A DNA stretch of 59,734 nucleotides, from IMG/VR virus record IMGVR_UViG_3300032676_000325, positions 1-59,734 of that record; one strand, written 5' to 3'. Below, one piece after another: positions 39,393 to 49,501 of the stretch. Made by a program: the position numbers and the translations under genes. Within the stretch, counting starts at the first letter, position 1. Each line of letters begins with the position of its first letter. The notes beneath the pieces are model-generated. The model was given only the letters and a program-made list of their open reading frames with translations. It did no database searches and was not told where the DNA came from. The stretch is from a virus (taxonomy: Duplodnaviria > Caudoviricetes).

Positions 39393-40046
39393 TTATTTAT
39401 CAATTCCACGAAGTTGCTTTGCTTGTACACCATGCCATACTTCTTGATCTAGCCAATACTCGTCTACGTGTTTAACGTACTTGGCATTAGGATCTTCTGA
39501 GATAAATTTAAAGATATCTGGATTGTTATAATCAACAGGAAAACTTAGGATTCTGCTGATATATTGTAGGTAGTGCTCACGATGTAAAAATAATGCCTCG
39601 TTTGATAAGAAATGTACAGGAAAAGTGCCAGTTAGTAGGTGATTATAGTAATAATCTTGCGCAATTGGCGTGGTAATTTCCTTGCGTACTCGTAACTGTT
39701 GTTCTGCATTGATATTCTTATCTCGAGTAATTATTGCAATTTTAACATCAATATCTAATGCCGATGCACGCTCTGCTACTTCTTTAATTTTAGGCACATA
39801 ACGTTGTCCGTCATAAAAGAACGGACAACTTACATTGGCTAACCAATGGTTATAACCGTCAAAATCTTTAGAAGTTAACTTATCTGGATTGACCCAAAAG
39901 TCTGCAAATGGTTCTTCATCGCTAGGTACCCAATACTTGTCTAGTAAACTTTTCCATCCACCTACATTTGGGTGCGTGCTTAATATGCGGCTGAATAAGT
40001 GATTGCCACTGCCTTGTGGACCTGTAATGATTAATAATTTTTTCAT
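39393..40046 (-). CDS. P-loop/sulfotransferase-like protein
   Basis: IITGPQGSGNHLFSRIL; paralog of 41038..41676. Confidence 0.6.
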   Translation of the reverse strand: MKKLLIITGPQGSGNHLFSRILSTHPNVGGWKSLLDKYWVPSDEEPFADFWVNPDKLTSKDFDGYNHWLANVSCPFFYDGQRYVPKIKEVAERASALDIDVKIAIITRDKNINAEQQLRVRKEITTPIAQDYYYNHLLTGTFPVHFLSNEALFLHREHYLQYISRILSFPVDYNNPDIFKFISEDPNAKYVKHVDEYWLDQEVWHGVQAKQLRGIDK

Positions 40047-41041
40047 AGTTTGTGTATATTTGGTTCTAATAGATCGTGTATTAATTTTGTGTTCTTTGGT
40101 AATGCTTCGATGCCATATCCTTTAATATTTAAATTGTAGTTGTATAAAAGAATATGTTGTATAAAAACATCTTTGGAAAAATCCATTCGATAATCAGATA
40201 AATCAATATCGTCACCTTCTACTATATTGTTTATTATTTCTGGCCAATTACGATAAAATCTAACATCGTGTAGTTGTTGCCATTTAATGTATATAGATTT
40301 CCAATAATCGAAATCATTGGCAGGAGTAATATTAAAAAAATCTAATATATTGTATATTTCTTTATCTAGATTATCTAGCATGTCCTTGGTTGTGATTTCG
40401 TAATGATTAGTTTTACTTATAGTAATATCAAAGTGCTCGTAGTCAAATGGTCTAATAGATAGTGCTAATTTTTCTCTATAATCCCATATCTTAAGATTAT
40501 CACCCCATTCTGCAGATTCTTCACCGAAAAATTTAGTATACAATTTCATTAACTCGTCATCAGATGTAGAATCAAATGCTCTTCCTCGATTAAACATATT
40601 ATATAGGATATCTTCTTTATTATTTCTAAGTATCAGCAACTTATAATTTTGCTCTATTAGAAAATTATTCATGTTGGTAATTATTTCATTAGGTAACCGA
40701 CGAATCTCATCATTCCACTTATTATTATTGTCATATACGTCATCACTGAGAAATTTTAAAATATCAACACCATTATCAGATATTTTCGGGGATACATATA
40801 TACTATGAAAACTTGTAGTAGTATTATTAATATCATCAATACAGTGTTTTAATAAATCAAGAGATGGTGGGTGTATTTTATTATGTTTATGAGCATTAAC
40901 TATACTAACGGGGTCTTTGGTTAGGGATTCCCAAGATTTAGATAACGGATTATAAAAATGCTGTACGCCTGAAAAATAGTACAAACTCCAATCTAAGAAC
41001 GTTAGTCCACATGATAATTCACCTGCCAAATAAGCTATCAT
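40043..41041 (-). CDS. hypothetical protein, WxxRE family (sulfotransferase-like)
   Basis: CGLTFLDWSL, WDYRE, W..IY..WQQ and DVFIQH motifs shared with the 42429 and 44832 ORFs. Confidence 0.6.
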   Translation of the reverse strand: MIAYLAGELSCGLTFLDWSLYYFSGVQHFYNPLSKSWESLTKDPVSIVNAHKHNKIHPPSLDLLKHCIDDINNTTTSFHSIYVSPKISDNGVDILKFLSDDVYDNNNKWNDEIRRLPNEIITNMNNFLIEQNYKLLILRNNKEDILYNMFNRGRAFDSTSDDELMKLYTKFFGEESAEWGDNLKIWDYREKLALSIRPFDYEHFDITISKTNHYEITTKDMLDNLDKEIYNILDFFNITPANDFDYWKSIYIKWQQLHDVRFYRNWPEIINNIVEGDDIDLSDYRMDFSKDVFIQHILLYNYNLNIKGYGIEALPKNTKLIHDLLEPNIHKL

Positions 41042-41676
41042 GGTTTGTCCTTGAATGTTGTGCCAAACTTATTACCGAGATCTAATTCATTGTAGTCAAT
41101 ATTGTGTATATATTTTGTGTTAGCATCATCGGCTAAGATCTTATCTAGTCTTGTGTCATTCCATGCCACTGGTATGTTTAATTGTAGACTCTTTAGATAA
41201 TTGTGCTTATACAAATATAGTAGTTCGTAACTTAAGAATATAGGAGTAGTTATCTTAGGTAATTGTTCTAATAGCATGTCTATAGTAGATTGTGTTCTGA
41301 TACGTGTCTGTTGATTGGCTAGGATAGTTTGATCTCGCCCAACTACAGCAAAATTCACATCAACTCCACAAGCTCGTACAGCATTGGCAAACCCAGCAAC
41401 ATCCGGGTTCCATATAGGATTTACGTCACTGCCCGGAATGCCTAAAGGACAACTAATACTGGTAAAGTAGTATTCACTTTGTTTCCAATCAAAATCCTTG
41501 AGTAAGGTATGATCTCGCCAACACGGCGCAAACGGTTCTGCAAAGCGATGAGCTTCCCAGTAATTGTCTAGGAGTGATTTCCACCCGTAGACTTCTGAGT
41601 GCAGACTTAAAACCTTACTCCATAAATGATTACCAGCACCTTGCGGGCCAGTGAGTATTAACATCTTTTTAGCCAA
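41038..41676 (-). CDS. P-loop/sulfotransferase-like protein
   Basis: ILTGPQGAGNHLWSKVL, GRD and LSYE; paralog of 39393..40046. Confidence 0.6.
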   Translation of the reverse strand: MAKKMLILTGPQGAGNHLWSKVLSLHSEVYGWKSLLDNYWEAHRFAEPFAPCWRDHTLLKDFDWKQSEYYFTSISCPLGIPGSDVNPIWNPDVAGFANAVRACGVDVNFAVVGRDQTILANQQTRIRTQSTIDMLLEQLPKITTPIFLSYELLYLYKHNYLKSLQLNIPVAWNDTRLDKILADDANTKYIHNIDYNELDLGNKFGTTFKDKP

Positions 41677-42205
41677 GTAAATCTCCTAACTCGTAAGGTA
41701 TAAATCCTTCTGCACGTTCTGGGTGCCACACTACTCCCCATATTGGTAGTTGACTATGTTTAAACGCTTCAACTGTATTGTCGTGTGAGCAAGTAGCCCA
41801 GGGCATCAAATCTCTACCCAATACTGCAATACTGTTGGTATGGAAACTGTTTACATAATCAGTCATGTCATCAAATTCAACCCTGTGTGCAGTATTTTGA
41901 TGTCCTTCTATAGGCGCATTAACTCCGCCATGTAGTTCGTTAATAAAAAATGCTCCATGACAAACGCCTAAAATTGGCACACCTTTTAGTAAAGCAATAT
42001 TGTAGTATATGGTTTCTGTATGAGTTCGATTAGGAGTACTATCTCCACCCGATAAGATTAACATATCAAAATCCGTTTCAGTATTTGATACATTAGCTAT
42101 TGGGACTAACTTATGACTATTAAGTAGCCCATGCCAACCTTGCTCTAGGCAATCGTAGGTAATGTTGTTGTGAACTATTTCACGCTGTGATATAGCTATT
42201 TTCAT
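41669..42205 (-). CDS. class I glutamine amidotransferase (peptidase C26-like)
   Basis: LSGG, GVCHG, VNSFH and WHPE triad motifs. Confidence 0.9.
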   Translation of the reverse strand: MKIAISQREIVHNNITYDCLEQGWHGLLNSHKLVPIANVSNTETDFDMLILSGGDSTPNRTHTETIYYNIALLKGVPILGVCHGAFFINELHGGVNAPIEGHQNTAHRVEFDDMTDYVNSFHTNSIAVLGRDLMPWATCSHDNTVEAFKHSQLPIWGVVWHPERAEGFIPYELGDLLG

Positions 42206-42432
42206 TTGAAGTATGCGAAGTAGATTAATCCAGCAATAATCATAAAGATCTGCGGAAGGAAATTAGTAATTAAACTCTTCTCGTTCCATTTAAATCCTAC
42301 ATAGACCCAGCCACAAGCACCTATAATTTGAAGTATACTATTCCAAGGAGTGATACCTAGAATGTGTAAAGGCATAGCACATAGAATCATTGTTGCTGAA
42401 AACCACTTAACTACTATTGTATAATCTTTCAT
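42202..42432 (-). CDS. small three-TM membrane protein
   Basis: 76 aa, three hydrophobic segments, coupled to neighbours. Confidence 0.7.
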   Translation of the reverse strand: MKDYTIVVKWFSATMILCAMPLHILGITPWNSILQIIGACGWVYVGFKWNEKSLITNFLPQIFMIIAGLIYFAYFK

Positions 42433-43457
42433 GTTCTCTCCAATAGAGGAATAAAATCAGTTGTATTAGTTGGAAATATATTTAAATTGTGACATTTAAT
42501 TTCTATATTATTATCGAATAATTTACGTTGTATAAAGATTTCGTCAAAGAACGAAATGTTATAAGAAGTCCAATCTAATTCAAGATTGTTGATCAATGCA
42601 GTTACGATAGTATTAATCTGTTGGTCCTTATATAAATGTATTTGTGTAGGAAGCCATTGCTGATATATTTTAGATACATCATTATAATTAATATCTTTAA
42701 TCTCAAATGTATCTAAAATACTTAGTAAGGTTTTTTCAAAATTATCACGTAATTGATCTAATTCAATAAATTTAACTTTGGGATATTTAGATTTAAGTTC
42801 TATAATTTCATCGTCGGTAATAATATTTGACATAGTTCGATCATAAAAATATTTTGATGATAGTTCTCGTAATTCCCAAAGTTCAAATTCATCAATTGAA
42901 GTATGATCCCATTTTAATAAATTTTGATTATCTATTTCGTATGATAGTTCGAGTCTGAGTTTATCGATTCCGTAGACTTTTCTTAGAGAAATCATACGAT
43001 CTGATTTCATGTTGTCTCTTAACCAAACATCTGCAGCAATACCTTCCCTTGATAGGTCATCATAGGTTCGAATTTTAAAGTAACTATTGTTAATTAAACA
43101 ATTGATTGAATTAATCGTGGGGTATATAAAAATAATATTTTTAAAATTGTCAACTAATTTTTTTAAATTATCGTTTAATATGCTAAATGTTCTTTTAGAT
43201 TCAATTGGAATATCATCTTTTAATAATACATGTTCATGCATTTGTGCAATAGGAAAATTATTTTCAGATTTTAAATACTGATCAAGATGTGATGGAAACA
43301 ATATACAAAATCTTCCTGGAAAAGAATTATGCACACTACCGGTAGGGGCAAACGGGATTTCTGAATTAGGTATTATACCACTAAAATAACTACAACACCA
43401 ATTGATTAGATTACCATATGCTCCGGCAGTATATAAAATTGCATTTGTATTTTTCAC
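42429..43457 (-). CDS. hypothetical protein, WxxRE family (sulfotransferase-like)
   Basis: Start reset to GTG 43457, below the terminator; YTAGAYGN, WELRE and DEIFIQ...FPTNT. Confidence 0.6.
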   Translation of the reverse strand: MKNTNAILYTAGAYGNLINWCCSYFSGIIPNSEIPFAPTGSVHNSFPGRFCILFPSHLDQYLKSENNFPIAQMHEHVLLKDDIPIESKRTFSILNDNLKKLVDNFKNIIFIYPTINSINCLINNSYFKIRTYDDLSREGIAADVWLRDNMKSDRMISLRKVYGIDKLRLELSYEIDNQNLLKWDHTSIDEFELWELRELSSKYFYDRTMSNIITDDEIIELKSKYPKVKFIELDQLRDNFEKTLLSILDTFEIKDINYNDVSKIYQQWLPTQIHLYKDQQINTIVTALINNLELDWTSYNISFFDEIFIQRKLFDNNIEIKCHNLNIFPTNTTDFIPLLERT

Positions 43458-43472
43458 TAAGTCCTCGTCAAT

Positions 43473-43497
43473 AAAAAAGGAGCCTAAGCTCCTTTTT
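43473..43497 (-). terminator. intrinsic terminator after the ferritin-like gene
   Basis: AAAAAAGGAGC-CTAA-GCTCCTTTTT. Confidence 0.8.
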
Positions 43498-43519
43498 CTG
43501 CTTATAAAATTAATTATGC

Positions 43520-44209
43520 TTAGTAAGCACTGTCCATTAATTTTACAGCTTCTGGTGTTGCAGTTGTGTTCATACATGACACTGCAAATAAATCCATACG
43601 CATTGTACGAGCAATTTGTTCAATACGAGCTTGAGTAGCTTCATCGGTTGCTAACAATTCTAAAGCACGACGACCAATGTTGCTGTGGAATCCTTCGTCG
43701 CGAGCAATTTTAGCGTATGTTGTGCTAATGAATTCGTCTTGAATACATTCAGCCATTTTGTCCCATACACGTTCTGCACGACCTTCAGCAATAAATTGAT
43801 AAGCCGCAAGTGCCAATGGATCGTTTTGTGCTTCATACTTAGCTAATAGAGCAGCACCTTTAGCTGTTGGTTTAGCAGCTTCGGCAGCAATAGCCGCTTC
43901 GACATCAACTTTTTCGCCTGTGATGTGTTCGATAACTTCTTTAACCATACGGAAGTGATTAGCTTCGTCAAGTGCTTGTTTGCTTAGTAATGCTAGGTCT
44001 TCGACTGAAGTATCAGCAGGGGCAGTAGCTACTTTACCAGCTATTTCAACCATGTTCATACGCTCGTTAACCATACGACCAGTAAAGTGTTCTACTAATT
44101 GTTCTTGGCTTGGGTTAGATGCAAAGTATGCTTCAACATTCAATTCACTTGCTTTGAATAGTGCTTCATTATCTTGTGCTAATTTAGCAACAAATTGTTT
44201 TGAGTTCAT
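43520..44209 (-). CDS. ferritin-like di-iron protein
   Basis: E...DEANH...E...DEGFH, i.e. a paired ExxH pattern. Confidence 0.8.
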   Translation of the reverse strand: MNSKQFVAKLAQDNEALFKASELNVEAYFASNPSQEQLVEHFTGRMVNERMNMVEIAGKVATAPADTSVEDLALLSKQALDEANHFRMVKEVIEHITGEKVDVEAAIAAEAAKPTAKGAALLAKYEAQNDPLALAAYQFIAEGRAERVWDKMAECIQDEFISTTYAKIARDEGFHSNIGRRALELLATDEATQARIEQIARTMRMDLFAVSCMNTTATPEAVKLMDSAY

Positions 44210-44226
44210 TTTATTTTCCTATAACG

Positions 44227-44790
44227 TTATTTTATCAATGTAACTAGAATATCTGGCCAGACGTTGGTTACACTGACCTCGGCGCAGAAGTTTTCTTTAA
44301 TCCACCCGGATGTGAAATACTCCCACTTACAATTATTTATCATCGCAAATTCCAAAATAGCTTTATTCTGTGCAGTTATTTCTGCCAACATACCTACACT
44401 GTCTTTGTATGCATCATAACAGGGATATTTGATTTGAAAGCCACCTGCTTCATGCCACCAGGCATAACTCGACATATCTGGGCGATAGACTAACATTTTC
44501 CAACCAGGGCATTCACTTAACTTATACGCCCAGTCATGACTTTTAACAAGTTTGCAACCGCCAGGTTCTGTCCATGCTTGGTCTACATAATCTAAATTTG
44601 GGATAGCATCGAACTCCATGCCACGGCCAAAGTAAGCACCAACATGTCCTGTATATGTGTGATGTGTGTAACTGCGGTTAGGTGTGCGATCGCTGGTATT
44701 CATACCCGGTATCGTTTCTAATACCTGTGCTATACCACTCCAACGTGAACCTGGTACTCCTGTAAAAAATATGTGATTGGGGAGATTCAT
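44227..44790 (-). CDS. P-loop/sulfotransferase-like protein
   Basis: FFTGVPGSRWS, LVKSH and LVYRP, resembling 5'PSB, KSH and 3'PB elements. Confidence 0.55.
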   Translation of the reverse strand: MNLPNHIFFTGVPGSRWSGIAQVLETIPGMNTSDRTPNRSYTHHTYTGHVGAYFGRGMEFDAIPNLDYVDQAWTEPGGCKLVKSHDWAYKLSECPGWKMLVYRPDMSSYAWWHEAGGFQIKYPCYDAYKDSVGMLAEITAQNKAILEFAMINNCKWEYFTSGWIKENFCAEVSVTNVWPDILVTLIK

Positions 44791-44831
44791 AATAAGTACG
44801 TATATAATATATTTACTTATAGAGGTTTAAG

Positions 44832-45740
44832 ATGTTGCATATTTTATTTGTCCCTGGTACATTTGGTAGTACTATTCAGTATATCTTACGTGCATTTAGT
44901 ACTACGTATAGTGCTGATAGATTGCCAAATATAACATACGCAGATATGATAACTCCTGATGGGTCGATGCATTCATATTATAAAACTGGACACTATGTGT
45001 GGAAATACGAACTCGATGATTTGGTTGGCGGGTTAATAGATAAACCATTGATAACATCACCTATATACCCGATGCCTGACTTTCATGCAGATGAATTGAT
45101 AAATTTCTTTAAGATCAATTTTCCCGACGACAAATATGTTTTTGTTTATGTAGATAGTTTAGAATATGCAGAAATTAATATGTTAGCACAATATTATAAA
45201 ATAGCTAAAGGTGTTTCTAATAAAACGTTAGAAATTTTCTGTGGGAAAAATGAGCACAATATTATCAATTGGAATATTAATTATAAGCATTGGAGTGAAA
45301 TGCAACTATGGGAACTTAGGGAATGGTTGAGCACATTCTATCCAACATGGGTTCAAGGATGGATTGATTCTTACAACTATGCTGACCAAAATTGGTTAAG
45401 TGTTAGTTCTAAAGAAATTTTAGATAATCCACATGACACATTTTTAAAGGTTTTAAACTATTCAGGTGAGATTGACTCTAATTTGATTTCAACATTTTCT
45501 GATTTTACTACGCACTGGCGTAGTCAACAACAATATCTATTAGACGAATATAATCTAATAAAGAAAATAGTTCAAACGTCGATAGCAAATGAACCATATG
45601 AGTGGTCCGAGTTAAATATTATCTCAGAGGCAATTATACAACAACATCTAAGATCAAACGGCTACGAGATTGCATGTTACGAATTAAATAAATTTCCAAC
45701 ATCTTCGACTGTATTACATTCTCTATTAGAAAAATCATGA
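44832..45740 (+). CDS. hypothetical protein, WxxRE family (sulfotransferase-like)
   Basis: FVPGTFGSTI, GSMH, WELRE and SEAIIQ...FPTSS. Confidence 0.6.
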   Translation: MLHILFVPGTFGSTIQYILRAFSTTYSADRLPNITYADMITPDGSMHSYYKTGHYVWKYELDDLVGGLIDKPLITSPIYPMPDFHADELINFFKINFPDDKYVFVYVDSLEYAEINMLAQYYKIAKGVSNKTLEIFCGKNEHNIINWNINYKHWSEMQLWELREWLSTFYPTWVQGWIDSYNYADQNWLSVSSKEILDNPHDTFLKVLNYSGEIDSNLISTFSDFTTHWRSQQQYLLDEYNLIKKIVQTSIANEPYEWSELNIISEAIIQQHLRSNGYEIACYELNKFPTSSTVLHSLLEKS

Positions 45741-46252
45741 ATCAAACACAACTAAATAAATATTTTTCATCTGTGTGGAAATCTAATCTAAATCAATACA
45801 AGTATTCCGGATGGGCATTAGTAGACAAAATTAAACCCAAAGAACAGGTCGTTGATGTAGGTTGTGGATTTAATGAATTCAAAACACATATACCTAACTT
45901 GATAGGCATAGATCCCGCCAACGACTCAGCTGACTACAAAGTTAGGATAGAAGATTTTGATATGCCCGATCATTTCGATGTAGCACTTTGTCTAGGCAGT
46001 ATTAACTTTGGTGGCGAAGCTAATATAATAAGTCAAATTAACTGTGTGGTTCGCTGTCTGAAACCTAAAGCTAAAATCTATTGGCGCTGTAATCCTGGTC
46101 TGCATGATCATGGAAACGAGGCTTGTAAAGATATAGATTTTTATCCGTGGACTATAGAAAAACATGCTGAGCTTGCTGACTTATTTGGATTTAGATTAGC
46201 AGTCGCCAGATGGGATACTGCAAATAGAATCTACGCTGAATGGTCCAGGTAG
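45737..46252 (+). CDS. SAM-dependent methyltransferase
   Basis: VVDVGCG, GIDP, FDVALCLGS and LKP. Confidence 0.85.
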   Translation: MNQTQLNKYFSSVWKSNLNQYKYSGWALVDKIKPKEQVVDVGCGFNEFKTHIPNLIGIDPANDSADYKVRIEDFDMPDHFDVALCLGSINFGGEANIISQINCVVRCLKPKAKIYWRCNPGLHDHGNEACKDIDFYPWTIEKHAELADLFGFRLAVARWDTANRIYAEWSR

Positions 46253-46368
46253 CTTAATACTTATTCCAGATCTTTCAAACTTAACTACACACTTTCAAAT
46301 CTTTTTTAGCTCTTAAATATTTGTGTACTGATGCTTTAATTAGTACAACACTTCAAAGGAGCATTAAC

Positions 46369-47115
46369 TTGTCAAGACATCGTAGATCAGCATCACGCAA
46401 CTTAAATTCATTCGCAACACAACAAGATAATACCGTAGTAAGTTTTAACAACTATGTCCAACAAAGGAAAACAGTCCACCTAATACCTAAAAGTTTAAAT
46501 CAAGAAGAATATATCAGCCTATTAACAGACCAATCTAAGTGTATTGTGTTTGCAACAGGCCCTGCCGGTACTGGCAAAACAATGTTAGCTATGATGGCTG
46601 GCATTAAAGCATTTAAAGAAGGAGAAGTAAGCAAGTTAATTTTAACTCGTCCAGCGGTAGGAGTGGATGATGAAAAGCACGGCTTCCTACCAGGTGATAT
46701 TAACGCTAAGATGGAACCATGGACTAGACCCTTGTTCGATGTCATTCAAGAGTACTATAGTCCAAAAGAAGTAGCACGTATGCTAGAAGAACAGATAATT
46801 GAGATAGCTCCCCTAGCATTTATGAGAGGTCGTACATTTAAGGGATGTTGGATAGTAGCAGATGAGATGCAAAACGCCACCCCTGGACAGATTAAGATGC
46901 TCCTTACACGACTCGGCGAAGGTTCTAAAATAGTAGTAACAGGCGACACACGTCAAGCAGATAGACGAGACCCGGATAATGGCCTATTAGACTTTAAACA
47001 TTTGTTTGAAGGATTTAAAAATAGTCGATATATTGCAGGTGTAGAGTTTAATCATAAAGACATTGCTCGTCATCCAGCTGTCGCGGAGGTGTTACGCCTA
47101 TACGGAGAAGACTAA
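46369..47115 (+). CDS. phoH: PhoH-family ATPase
   Basis: GPAGTGKT, RP, GFLPG, FMRGRTF, DEMQN and TGD; start reset to the TTG after AAAGGAG. Confidence 0.95.
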   Translation: MSRHRRSASRNLNSFATQQDNTVVSFNNYVQQRKTVHLIPKSLNQEEYISLLTDQSKCIVFATGPAGTGKTMLAMMAGIKAFKEGEVSKLILTRPAVGVDDEKHGFLPGDINAKMEPWTRPLFDVIQEYYSPKEVARMLEEQIIEIAPLAFMRGRTFKGCWIVADEMQNATPGQIKMLLTRLGEGSKIVVTGDTRQADRRDPDNGLLDFKHLFEGFKNSRYIAGVEFNHKDIARHPAVAEVLRLYGED

Positions 47116-47436
47116 CTATAACATAAACTTATCTGAGGGGATACTCGGAGTCTTAATAGTAACGACTTCTGTATCCTCCAGATATTCAATTTGACTTATA
47201 TCACCAGGTTCTAATACACAAATATCCCCAGCAGCAAATATTTCACCATTACAAATTTGACGTCCACTGATAACTAAAGTAATTTCAGTTATTTGTTTGT
47301 GGATATGGCTATCTGGTTTACCGCGTGGATTATGTTGGTAACAGATTTCGAAATCTTTAGTACGATGCACTGCTTGGTCAAAGTCTCCTATGAACCAACC
47401 ACGGGCTCCGCTATCACTTAGTTTGAAACACTTCAT
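47116..47436 (-). CDS. cupin-fold protein
   Basis: GWFIGDF, HxH...E.TLVISG and GDICVLEPG. Confidence 0.75.
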   Translation of the reverse strand: MKCFKLSDSGARGWFIGDFDQAVHRTKDFEICYQHNPRGKPDSHIHKQITEITLVISGRQICNGEIFAAGDICVLEPGDISQIEYLEDTEVVTIKTPSIPSDKFML

Positions 47437-47728
47437 TTAATTGATTAATACTGTCGTTAATATAATCTGCATACCCCTCTACATAATGTTCGAGTATAGC
47501 TTCAAAAGTTGCACCCGATTTAAAGGTATTTTTGACTATTTTTTCTTCAGTTAGATTCAAAATAACACTATTTTGAACATCTTTATCCTTTAATCCGCGT
47601 GTTAGGTATACTTGTTCTTCATATTCAATATTATTAGGATTAGCCATATATCCTGCTTTGTAAGTTTGTGCAGGATCTTTAGGGCGTGCTGTATATTTTG
47701 CTATTAAATAGATACTATTATTTGCCAA
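47414..47728 (-). CDS. hypothetical protein
   Basis: 104 aa, coupled ORF. Confidence 0.7.
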   Translation of the reverse strand: MANNSIYLIAKYTARPKDPAQTYKAGYMANPNNIEYEEQVYLTRGLKDKDVQNSVILNLTEEKIVKNTFKSGATFEAILEHYVEGYADYINDSINQLNEVFQTK

Positions 47729-48644
47729 TTTGTGTGAGCTCCACTAATGTTGCTGAAAGGTTAATTTCGGCATCACCTACCATACTGTGATTAACAAGTC
47801 CTTTACGAATTGCTAGGATAGCTTCGTCTTGTCCTTCTTCTGAGGTAGACCATAAGTCTAAGTTATCGTACATCCAACGATACATACCATCCATGTCTTC
47901 TACAGCGGCTTGGTTACAGATAAGTGTACGTGCTTCGCGAATTTTACCTGACTTAAACATAGCCACAGCATCTAACCGCCAATCTTTTGCACTGCTATCA
48001 TTTTCACCTGGTTTAGATAGTGTACCTGTAGTTGTATTAGATTGTAATAAATTTAAACATTTACGCAGGTCTGGATAAGTTGCTTTAATATAACTATCTA
48101 ATGTATCTAAGTCAAATTCGATACCTTCTGTAACTAACACAGTTGCAGCACGTGCTGTAAATTCAGTGTGATCAGTTTTCTCAATATGGAATCCTTGACA
48201 ACGACTATGGATAGCTGACATGATCTTATTTGGATAGTTACAGGTTAAGATGAATCGTACTGTTTGTGCATAGTCTTCCATAAGATTACGTAATGCTGGT
48301 TGAACTGATGCAATATTCATATAGTCAGCTTCGTCGATCATCACAATTTTAAACTTACCAAACGGCATAGTTTGACAAAAACCAATTAGCTTGTCAATCC
48401 ATTCTACTTTGCGTGCTTCTTTACTACCATTAGCATACATGACGTCATATTCATCTACGCCAAGTGATTTGATTAAGATTTTAGCCAGAGTTGTTTTACC
48501 TGTTCCTGGACTACCACTTAGCAGTAAATGTGGAATACTGCCTTGTTTGATCCACGTCTCAACTGTTTGTCTTTGTGCTGGATCTGTGAATACATACCCA
48601 TCAATTGTATCCGGACGATACTGTTCTACCCATAATTGTTTCAT
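47718..48644 (-). CDS. clamp loader AAA+ subunit (T4 gp44/RFC-like)
   Basis: LWVEQYRP, GSPGTGKTT, DEAD and SRC motifs. Confidence 0.93.
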   Translation of the reverse strand: MKQLWVEQYRPDTIDGYVFTDPAQRQTVETWIKQGSIPHLLLSGSPGTGKTTLAKILIKSLGVDEYDVMYANGSKEARKVEWIDKLIGFCQTMPFGKFKIVMIDEADYMNIASVQPALRNLMEDYAQTVRFILTCNYPNKIMSAIHSRCQGFHIEKTDHTEFTARAATVLVTEGIEFDLDTLDSYIKATYPDLRKCLNLLQSNTTTGTLSKPGENDSSAKDWRLDAVAMFKSGKIREARTLICNQAAVEDMDGMYRWMYDNLDLWSTSEEGQDEAILAIRKGLVNHSMVGDAEINLSATLVELTQIGK

Positions 48645-48674
48645 TGAAAGTCTTCTTTGCTAGATTGATAATAT

Positions 48675-48703
48675 ATTATATAACTGAAATAATAGTATGT
48701 CAA
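48675..48703 (-). promoter_or_regulatory. perfect sigma70 promoter
   Basis: TTGACA-N17-TATAAT upstream of the clamp loader gene. Confidence 0.85.
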
Positions 48704-49057
48704 CTATAAACTATTGCCGATAGTTTCATCAGACATAGGATCATCACTGACCATTAAGATATCGTTCTGATCAACTCGTCGAATAATTTTTTCACCTTCT
48801 GTGTCTTCGATCTCAACACCACGTGTCCATCTTCCATGCTTAACTAGAACATATTGTCCGACTTTAATATCTTGCTGACGATTACCAATTGCATATACAC
48901 GACCCCATCGCGGATGAATACCTTCTAATTTACCATCGCTATTTGGAATAATAATACCGCCATGACTAATTTTTTGATCAAAATTCATGTCTGTTACAAC
49001 TACATAATTTTGTAATGTTTTAAATGATTTGATTTTTCTTGGTTCGTATGGATTCAT
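48704..49057 (-). CDS. groES: GroES-like co-chaperonin
   Basis: GGIIIP mobile loop, GRVYAIG, IKVGQYV and DIL. Confidence 0.8.
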   Translation of the reverse strand: MNPYEPRKIKSFKTLQNYVVVTDMNFDQKISHGGIIIPNSDGKLEGIHPRWGRVYAIGNRQQDIKVGQYVLVKHGRWTRGVEIEDTEGEKIIRRVDQNDILMVSDDPMSDETIGNSL

Positions 49058-49065
49058 AAATTTCC

Positions 49066-49476
49066 TTAAATTCGTTTAACACCTTGTGATTTATTAGGTG
49101 CTGGATCTAATAATTCTTGTTTAATTTCTGTTTCTCCGGCAATTGCTTCTGCAAAACTACCACGAGGTTTAACATAGTTTGTTGATTCAACGACAGGGGT
49201 ATCTACTGCTACTGGTTGTGTTGTTGGCATTACTGGAGTATTTTGTGCTACAGCAATTGATTCTACAACATCGGAATTATCTGCCATTGGGGTATGCAAT
49301 GCATAATATTCTTGTTGTATTTGTGCTCGGGTTTTTACAATCTGCCCGCCAGCACCTAATAAATCACCACGGGCATTGGTTCTGGTATTACCGATTGCAA
49401 TAGTAGTTTCGTTAGCTAAACGTAGTCTATCCATATCAATGGTTTGACCGTTAGCAGTTCTGCGTATATTTGACAT
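49066..49476 (-). CDS. hypothetical late protein
   Basis: RTANG..IDM...AIGN..TNARGD.LG; AGGAG SD; TAAATA at 49499-49504. Confidence 0.75.
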   Translation of the reverse strand: MSNIRRTANGQTIDMDRLRLANETTIAIGNTRTNARGDLLGAGGQIVKTRAQIQQEYYALHTPMADNSDVVESIAVAQNTPVMPTTQPVAVDTPVVESTNYVKPRGSFAEAIAGETEIKQELLDPAPNKSQGVKRI

Positions 49477-49501
49477 TTTATTTCTCCTATTATATGCGTA
49501 T

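Noticed and set aside
43458-43577. N-terminal extension of the 382 aa ORF
   Set aside because: It runs through the ferritin-like gene's 3' end and a terminator; GTG 43457 matches the paralog starts.
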